A stretch of DNA of 63,960 nucleotides, filler included, from Candidatus Fermentibacterota bacterium (GTDB lineage Bacteria; JAFGKV01), in the NCBI GenBank assembly GCA_016928395.1. It is 5 parts of 5 records of this genome, joined end to end, with 100 filler letters (N's around TTAATTAATTAA, not from the genome) between each part and the next. Parts side by side here need not be neighbours in the genome. Positions count along the whole stretch, not along the records: positions 55,962 to 60,440 come from JAFGKV010000018.1; positions 60,541 to 63,960 come from JAFGKV010000168.1; 3 more parts are not named here. One strand, given 5' to 3'. The notes beneath the pieces are model-generated. The model was not told the DNA's origin. It saw only the letters and a program-made list of their open reading frames with translations, and ran no database searches. The translations under genes were made by a program, and so were the position numbers. This document shows, one piece after another, positions 59,200 through 63,960 of the stretch (within the stretch, counting starts at the first letter, position 1; each line of letters starts with the position of its first letter).

Positions 59200-59484
59200 T
59201 CAGGGCCTCGCTTGGCGGACGAACTCAGGCGTTGCGGCCTGACCATCTGCCACCTTCTCGACCCGGATCGCGACCGGTCGGTCACCCAGGCCCGCAGTGT
59301 GATCTCGCCGCGCCGGCTGACGGCCTTGACGGTGTCGTATCAGCATGCCGTCGTTGGGCGGGATCTCGCGGCCGGTGACGCGGGCGACTCGATTGGCATC
59401 ACGGTCGACGTGAAGAGTCACCTGGCAGCCCACGCCGCAGTAAGGGCAGGTGGTGTCGACCTTGTCCAGGTCCTTGGCGCGGCC
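59200..59484 (-). pseudogene. Collapsed remnant of a formate dehydrogenase alpha / molybdopterin oxidoreductase gene
   Basis: KVDTTCPYCGVGCQ...PPNDGML, then in another frame VKAVSRRGEITLRAWVTDR, then AIRVEK. Confidence 0.8.
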
Positions 59485-59519
59485 CTAGGTGCCGGGACAA
59501 TCGCGGATGCGCCAACTCA

Positions 59520-60266
59520 TCACCGCGGCATCAACGCGAACACACCCCAGCCTAGATACTCCCGAGTGTAGACGACGTAGCGCTCGGGTTCCGAGGTCAG
59601 TTCTGCTCGAACCTCTTCCGCAAAGTCGTCGTCGGGATTGTCTTCAAGCCATCGGCGCATCGTCAGCCACTTGGCCGCCTCGTATCTGTCCCAGCTGTCT
59701 TGGTCTGCCAAAACCATTTCCACGACATCGTAGCCGAGTTGACCGAAGGACGCGAGTATTCCCGGAAGCGTGAGGAAGTCGGCTATCGCGTTGGCACCAC
59801 ACCCTTTGGCTACGTCTTCCGCCGGCGGCAGCTGCCGCCAGTAGGGCTCGCCGATGAGGATGATCCCTCCGGCGCGCAGGCTCCGCGCAAGAAGCTCGAC
59901 AGTGCCGGCGACTCCCCCAGCGATCCACGTGGCACCGACGCAGGCAGCCACGTCGACCTTCTCGTCAGAGACATAGCCGGCAGCATCACCATGGATGAAC
60001 TCGACTTGATCGGCGACGCCGAGTTCCTCAGCACGGAGTCTTGCCTGTGCGGTGAACAACTCGCTCATGTCGACGCCGGTGCCGATGACGCCGTGGTCGC
60101 GTGCCCAGGTGCAAAGCATCTCCCCCGAGCCGCTGGCGAGGTCGAGCACCCGGGCGCCCGGTTCCAGACGCAGCGCCGCGCCGAGCGTGGCGAGCTTCTC
60201 GGGTGTGAACGGGTCGTGAATGCGGTGAGCACTTTCAGTGATGTTGAACATTCGTGGGATATCCAC
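59520..60266 (-). CDS. Class I SAM-dependent methyltransferase (YjhP-like)
   Basis: ESAHRIHDP, VLDLASGSGE, ACVGATWI, IGEPYW and REYLGWGVF. Confidence 0.9.
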   Translation of the reverse strand: MDIPRMFNITESAHRIHDPFTPEKLATLGAALRLEPGARVLDLASGSGEMLCTWARDHGVIGTGVDMSELFTAQARLRAEELGVADQVEFIHGDAAGYVSDEKVDVAACVGATWIAGGVAGTVELLARSLRAGGIILIGEPYWRQLPPAEDVAKGCGANAIADFLTLPGILASFGQLGYDVVEMVLADQDSWDRYEAAKWLTMRRWLEDNPDDDFAEEVRAELTSEPERYVVYTREYLGWGVFALMPR

Positions 60267-60292
60267 AGTGGTAAATCTCCTTCCGGATGTAA

Positions 60293-60440
60293 CTAGATTC
60301 GGTCTCGGTCTGACGTGTTCGACCTGCCGGTGTGCTTGAAGTAGTCCCGAGAGGCCTTCGCGATGTCCTTCCGCTTCCGAACCTCCTGAGCGCGCAGCCG
60401 AAAGTCTGTCTTCATCGCAGCGACCTCCGCCTCGCGCAAC
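60293..60440 (-). CDS. 3' end of a gene cut by the spacer, possibly RsgA GTPase C-terminal helix
   Basis: Open frame LREAEVAAMKTDFRLRAQEVRKRKDIAKASRDYFK...*, a basic helical tail reminiscent of RsgA. Confidence 0.35.
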
Positions 60441-60540
60441 NNNNNNNNNNNNNNNNNNNNNNNNNNNNNNNNNNNNNNNNNNNNTTAATTAATTAANNNN
60501 NNNNNNNNNNNNNNNNNNNNNNNNNNNNNNNNNNNNNNNN
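60441..60540. other. Artificial contig spacer
   Basis: N-run with TTAATTAATTAA. Confidence 0.97.
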
Positions 60541-60560
60541 CGGTGGGGTGTGTTGGGCCG

Positions 60561-60603
60561 GTCAGACGCGTCGGACCTGTCGGACGGGTCGGACCTGTCC
60601 GAC
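60561..60603. repeat. 9-nt tandem repeat GTC(G/A)GACNN (encodes SDRSDPSDRSD on the minus strand)
   Basis: gtcagacgc gtcggacct gtcggacgg gtcggacct gtccgac. Confidence 0.8.
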
Positions 60604-60692
60604 TCCCTCATTCCTCCCCTCCTCCGATGATTTCCTCCAGCAGCCCTTCGGTGGGTCGGTCCGGCGCCAGGGGTGCCCACCCAGCCGTCACC

Positions 60693-60720
60693 GGCACTAT
60701 TCTACTATGAGAATAGTGCC
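60693..60720. repeat. Palindrome family copy 4
   Basis: GGCACTATTCT-ACTATG-AGAATAGTGCC, 11-6-11 layout. Confidence 0.85.
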
Positions 60721-61059
60721 CAAATCGCATGGCGCCGGCTTCGGCTGGACATGAGGAGCGACCCTTGTGCGGGCGGGAAATCGAGGCGGAAGACAAAAAG
60801 GGAGTACTACAGGTCGCTGAGCTCCCGACTCGCATGTGAGCCGAGGCCTGACAAGGGCGCGGGCAAGATGTGGTTGATTGCATCACGGCCCCACGATGGA
60901 CGTTGCTCTTCGGCAGATCGAAGGACAAGAAACCCCCTGGGCGGGATGCGTCAAGCCGTCCTTGTGTCGCTTGGCGCAACGGGGGCACAGCTCATGGAGA
61001 TCGAGCGTCCCGTGCAGATCGGTGGGGGCGAATCCGTGGGGATGGTAAGGGAGCGGTGG

Positions 61060-62838
61060 CTACTGGGCGATCACGACTCGCTTGGGCCAGGTATGGTTGT
61101 CGTCCTGCAGTCGGCAGATGTAGACTCCTGAAGGCAGGTGGCCTACCTCCAGGGTGACCGTGTCCGCGAAGGGAGGGATCGTCTCCCGCGCGACCCGCGC
61201 GCCGTCCAGGTTGAACAGCTCCATCATGGCAGGCATGCGGAGGCCGGCGGGGGGCTGGAGGCGAAGTGTCGTGGTTGCCGGGATCGGGAAGAGCTGCAGC
61301 ACGTCGCCCGGGAGCGGAAGATCCCCGATGCCCAGAATGTCAAAGGGCATGAAATCAACGAGGAGGAGCCCTTCGGCATCACTCCCGTCGTAGATATCGT
61401 AGGTCGCGATTTCTGCCGAATCCGCATGGTCCCAGATGTTGTACTTGGCGAACAGCACGGGATACTGGCCGCTGATAGCCTCGATAAGAAGGTCGTAGTT
61501 GCCGTTGCCCATGATGATGTTGTTGCCGGGGCAGTCGAACTCGCCACCCCCCAGATCGATGCGCGGAAACTCCACCCGTATCCCGGCGCCCCCGTTGTCA
61601 CGAATCGTGTTGTGATGGATCGGGCCCCGCAATCCGTGAAGGACCATGCCGTCTCCGGAGCACTCCGTGATCGTATTGTGATGCACCTCTTCAGCACCGC
61701 AGGAATAGAACCCCGTGCACGAACGCGTGACTGTGTTGTTGGCGAACTCCGCCGTGCCTGCCGCGCTGTAGTACCCCGCGTCACCGCCCGATATAGTGTT
61801 TCCAGTGACAAATCCCCAGCCGGAGTAGTTCCACAGACCAACGATGCCTTCCTCCGGATCAGAACTCGGCATCATGACTTCATCGACGGTAATCGTGTTA
61901 TCGATGACATGGAACGGCGCCCCGGACGACGCGCGTATGCCGGACACATTGCCGGTGCACGTGATAATGTTGTTTCGTAGTGTCGCCGATCCGGCGTATG
62001 CGTATACTGCAGAGGTGATGCCCTCCGCAATCAGCAAAGGAGCGTTCTCATTACAGTTGATTATGTTATTCTCCCAGATCTGATCCTCATATTCCTTGCT
62101 TCCGCTCTGGTCAATTATCGGGCCATTATGAATCATGTTATTGCAGATGGTAGTGGTGATGCTAGCTCCAGAGGCATCTTTGATTCCATACTGCACGTCG
62201 TTGTTATCAACAAGGTAGGTATAGCCATAGCCCGATAGTATCAAGATGTACCCGCAGACATTATTTCGCACCGTGTCATTCGCCGTTCCTGACCCTTGCC
62301 CGAACTGGATGATGCCCTCCGTACCGAGGTCGTTGTCCTCGATGAGAACGCGATGGACCGGCGGTGGATCTTCCTCGCCGACCCCTCCTGCGTGTCCTAT
62401 CCCGATCACGCCACCCCCGCAGCGCCGAACGATGTTCTGCTGGTCGAAAGGGCCTTCCTGGGGGCCGCGCCAGAAGTGGAACTCGTCGAAGGCCAGATCC
62501 TCTACCACGATCGGGAGATTGCTCTGCTGTGTGTCCACAACCTTGCCCTCGAGGATGGTCGCGTCTCGCCCTTCCCCCCTGAGGGTAACCCCTGCCTTCA
62601 TCAAGAGGAGGTTGTGGTGATCGTTCCAGGACTCGTCAGGATAGTAGATCCCGGCTCTCGCCATGACTGTGTCCCCGACGGACGCCGAGGCGATCCCCTC
62701 CCTGATGGTGTTGAACGGGTGCTCGTCGGTCCCGTCTTCGATACCTGAGGTGTTGGCGGCATCCACGTAGATGGTGTGCGCCAGAGCGGGGTGGGCTGTC
62801 GCCATCAATGCCAGAACGATGGGGAGCAATGCCTTCAT
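61060..62838 (-). CDS. Exported right-handed beta-helix protein with T9SS-type C-terminal sorting domain
   Basis: Signal peptide, IYVD...GTDEHPFNTIREGI (DUF1565-like), NN-I repeats, and C-terminal LFPIPA...LPSGVYICRL...KRVVI. Confidence 0.85.
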   Translation of the reverse strand: MKALLPIVLALMATAHPALAHTIYVDAANTSGIEDGTDEHPFNTIREGIASASVGDTVMARAGIYYPDESWNDHHNLLLMKAGVTLRGEGRDATILEGKVVDTQQSNLPIVVEDLAFDEFHFWRGPQEGPFDQQNIVRRCGGGVIGIGHAGGVGEEDPPPVHRVLIEDNDLGTEGIIQFGQGSGTANDTVRNNVCGYILILSGYGYTYLVDNNDVQYGIKDASGASITTTICNNMIHNGPIIDQSGSKEYEDQIWENNIINCNENAPLLIAEGITSAVYAYAGSATLRNNIITCTGNVSGIRASSGAPFHVIDNTITVDEVMMPSSDPEEGIVGLWNYSGWGFVTGNTISGGDAGYYSAAGTAEFANNTVTRSCTGFYSCGAEEVHHNTITECSGDGMVLHGLRGPIHHNTIRDNGGAGIRVEFPRIDLGGGEFDCPGNNIIMGNGNYDLLIEAISGQYPVLFAKYNIWDHADSAEIATYDIYDGSDAEGLLLVDFMPFDILGIGDLPLPGDVLQLFPIPATTTLRLQPPAGLRMPAMMELFNLDGARVARETIPPFADTVTLEVGHLPSGVYICRLQDDNHTWPKRVVIAQ

Positions 62839-62922
62839 GCGTGCCTCCGTGTGAATGGGTGCCGGGGTGAGCCGTCAGGTGCGCCATACCCTTGCCGGTG
62901 GAACGTACCCAGGCGGGACCCT

Positions 62923-63960
62923 TCAGAAGTTCATGGCGAAGAGGCGGTGGAGGAATGCAGCGACCGTGGTGGCGGGACCGGTTCCGCCGGCCAGCGATGC
63001 GGCGGTTTCCGCAATGGCTCCGGCGGCGATGAACAGGATGGCCAGCAGCTTGCCGACGTCTTGCCCCTTGAGGCTGCCCAGCATGCGGGGCTCCTGCGAG
63101 AGATATGCGCTGGCGGCGAACAGCTCTTCGCCGATCAGCGTATAGTCGCACGCGGCGACAAAGAACGGAAGCTGCGCAGGCATGGCCGTGCCGGCAACCT
63201 GAATCGCGCCGATGGAGTTGCCCGTCTCGGCCAGAATGAGGCTCTCGGCGAAAAAGGCCCCCAGATAGAAGGCCGTTGCCGGCCTTTCCCGAACCATGAT
63301 CCCGTCAACGGCGGCGACATAACCGAACTGGGCGTCGGTGATGTAGTGCACGCAGTCTTCGCGATACGCATCGGGCCTGCCTGCGGCAAGGTAGGCTTCT
63401 TTCACCGTCTCCCGGGCGGCACTCAAGACCAGCGAGCGGGAAACCGGCACATTCAAAGGCGTATCATACTCGGCCGTGGTGCGGGCGATGGTCTGCAGGA
63501 TGGAAAGCCCTGCCAGCGTCTGGACATCATCCATGTCATTGATGCCGGGCACGAACAGCACAGCGCGGCCCATCTCCGTGGCCCGCCCCACTGCTTCGGA
63601 CACCGCCTCAAGCCCCGCAATGCGCCGGATGAAGAGCTGCTGACCCCGCTTGGCGCGTTCGATGAAGATGAGGACCGCAGTGGACAGGAGCAGCGCAATG
63701 ACCAGGAGATTGGCCTTCTCGCGGTTGAACCACTGCGGGCACGCCGCCACCGGATCGGTGGGCACGCTGGGAATTGACCGGCCCACGACGTCGATCAAGA
63801 CGATGCGATACTGATGGGTGATGCCGTTGGGCAGGCCGTTCACGACCATGGAGGTAGCGGTTGGAGCCAGGGAGTCTACGACCACGAACTCCCCCGGAGA
63901 GACCGCCTTCTGGACGAGTTGAACCCGAATCCGCGCCGCATCCTCCGGCCTGATCCGCCA
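62923..63960 (-). CDS. DUF6754-like membrane protein with upstream FN3-like domain, 5' end outside the window
   Basis: LFIRRIAGLEAVSEAVGRATEMGR, FFAESLILAETG and DYTLIGEELFAASAYLS. The frame stays open to the window edge. Confidence 0.75.
   Translation of the reverse strand, partial: WRIRPEDAARIRVQLVQKAVSPGEFVVVDSLAPTATSMVVNGLPNGITHQYRIVLIDVVGRSIPSVPTDPVAACPQWFNREKANLLVIALLLSTAVLIFIERAKRGQQLFIRRIAGLEAVSEAVGRATEMGRAVLFVPGINDMDDVQTLAGLSILQTIARTTAEYDTPLNVPVSRSLVLSAARETVKEAYLAAGRPDAYREDCVHYITDAQFGYVAAVDGIMVRERPATAFYLGAFFAESLILAETGNSIGAIQVAGTAMPAQLPFFVAACDYTLIGEELFAASAYLSQEPRMLGSLKGQDVGKLLAILFIAAGAIAETAASLAGGTGPATTVAAFLHRLFAMNF

Noticed and set aside
20886-60540. Four identical TTAATTAATTAA motifs inside N-runs
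   Set aside because: Artificial contig linkers with stops in six frames, not biological. Gene adjacency across them was not interpreted.

Overview
GC-rich bacterial sequence that looks like a metagenome-assembled genome. It is five contigs joined by artificial 100-nt spacers (N-run, TTAATTAATTAA, N-run) at 20886-20985, 42254-42353, 55862-55961 and 60441-60540, so adjacency across a spacer carries no information. The outer-membrane genes (LolA, OmpA-TSP3, DUF3078-like) plus FlgD-Ig and T9SS-type C-terminal domains suggest a diderm FCB-group candidate-phylum organism (inference). Contig 1 is mostly housekeeping: ftsK-lolA-rimO, rlmD-radC, yitJ, OmpA, a divergent EF-G paralog, a HEAT/acidic-repeat protein, a CFA-type methyltransferase, a ferritin-like protein, fhs and an M28 peptidase. 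Contig 2 holds DUF3795, nfeD-SPFH, a pseudokinase-STAND-TPR protein, a glycine-repeat surface protein, a TPR/Tat-DUF362 pair, tldD-pmbA, two GT-C-like membrane proteins and an AEC transporter. Contig 3 holds a tightly coupled ftsY-(3x GT-C-like)-ispD-ispF operon, menA, and a sulfatase-like lipoprotein whose N-terminus is a copy of the menA 5' end. Contig 4 is a mosaic of intact and decayed genes, including a collapsed formate dehydrogenase remnant. Contig 5 holds a T9SS-type beta-helix protein and a DUF6754-like gene. The most notable observations are: a dispersed palindrome family CTATTCT-N6-AGAATAG with co-varying outer arms (4 copies on 3 contigs); several other intergenic repeat families; the menA-derived signal peptide; and the GT-C genes inside the ftsY-ispDF operon. 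No rRNA, tRNA, CRISPR array or transposase was recognised. All family assignments come from motif recognition by eye, not database searches.
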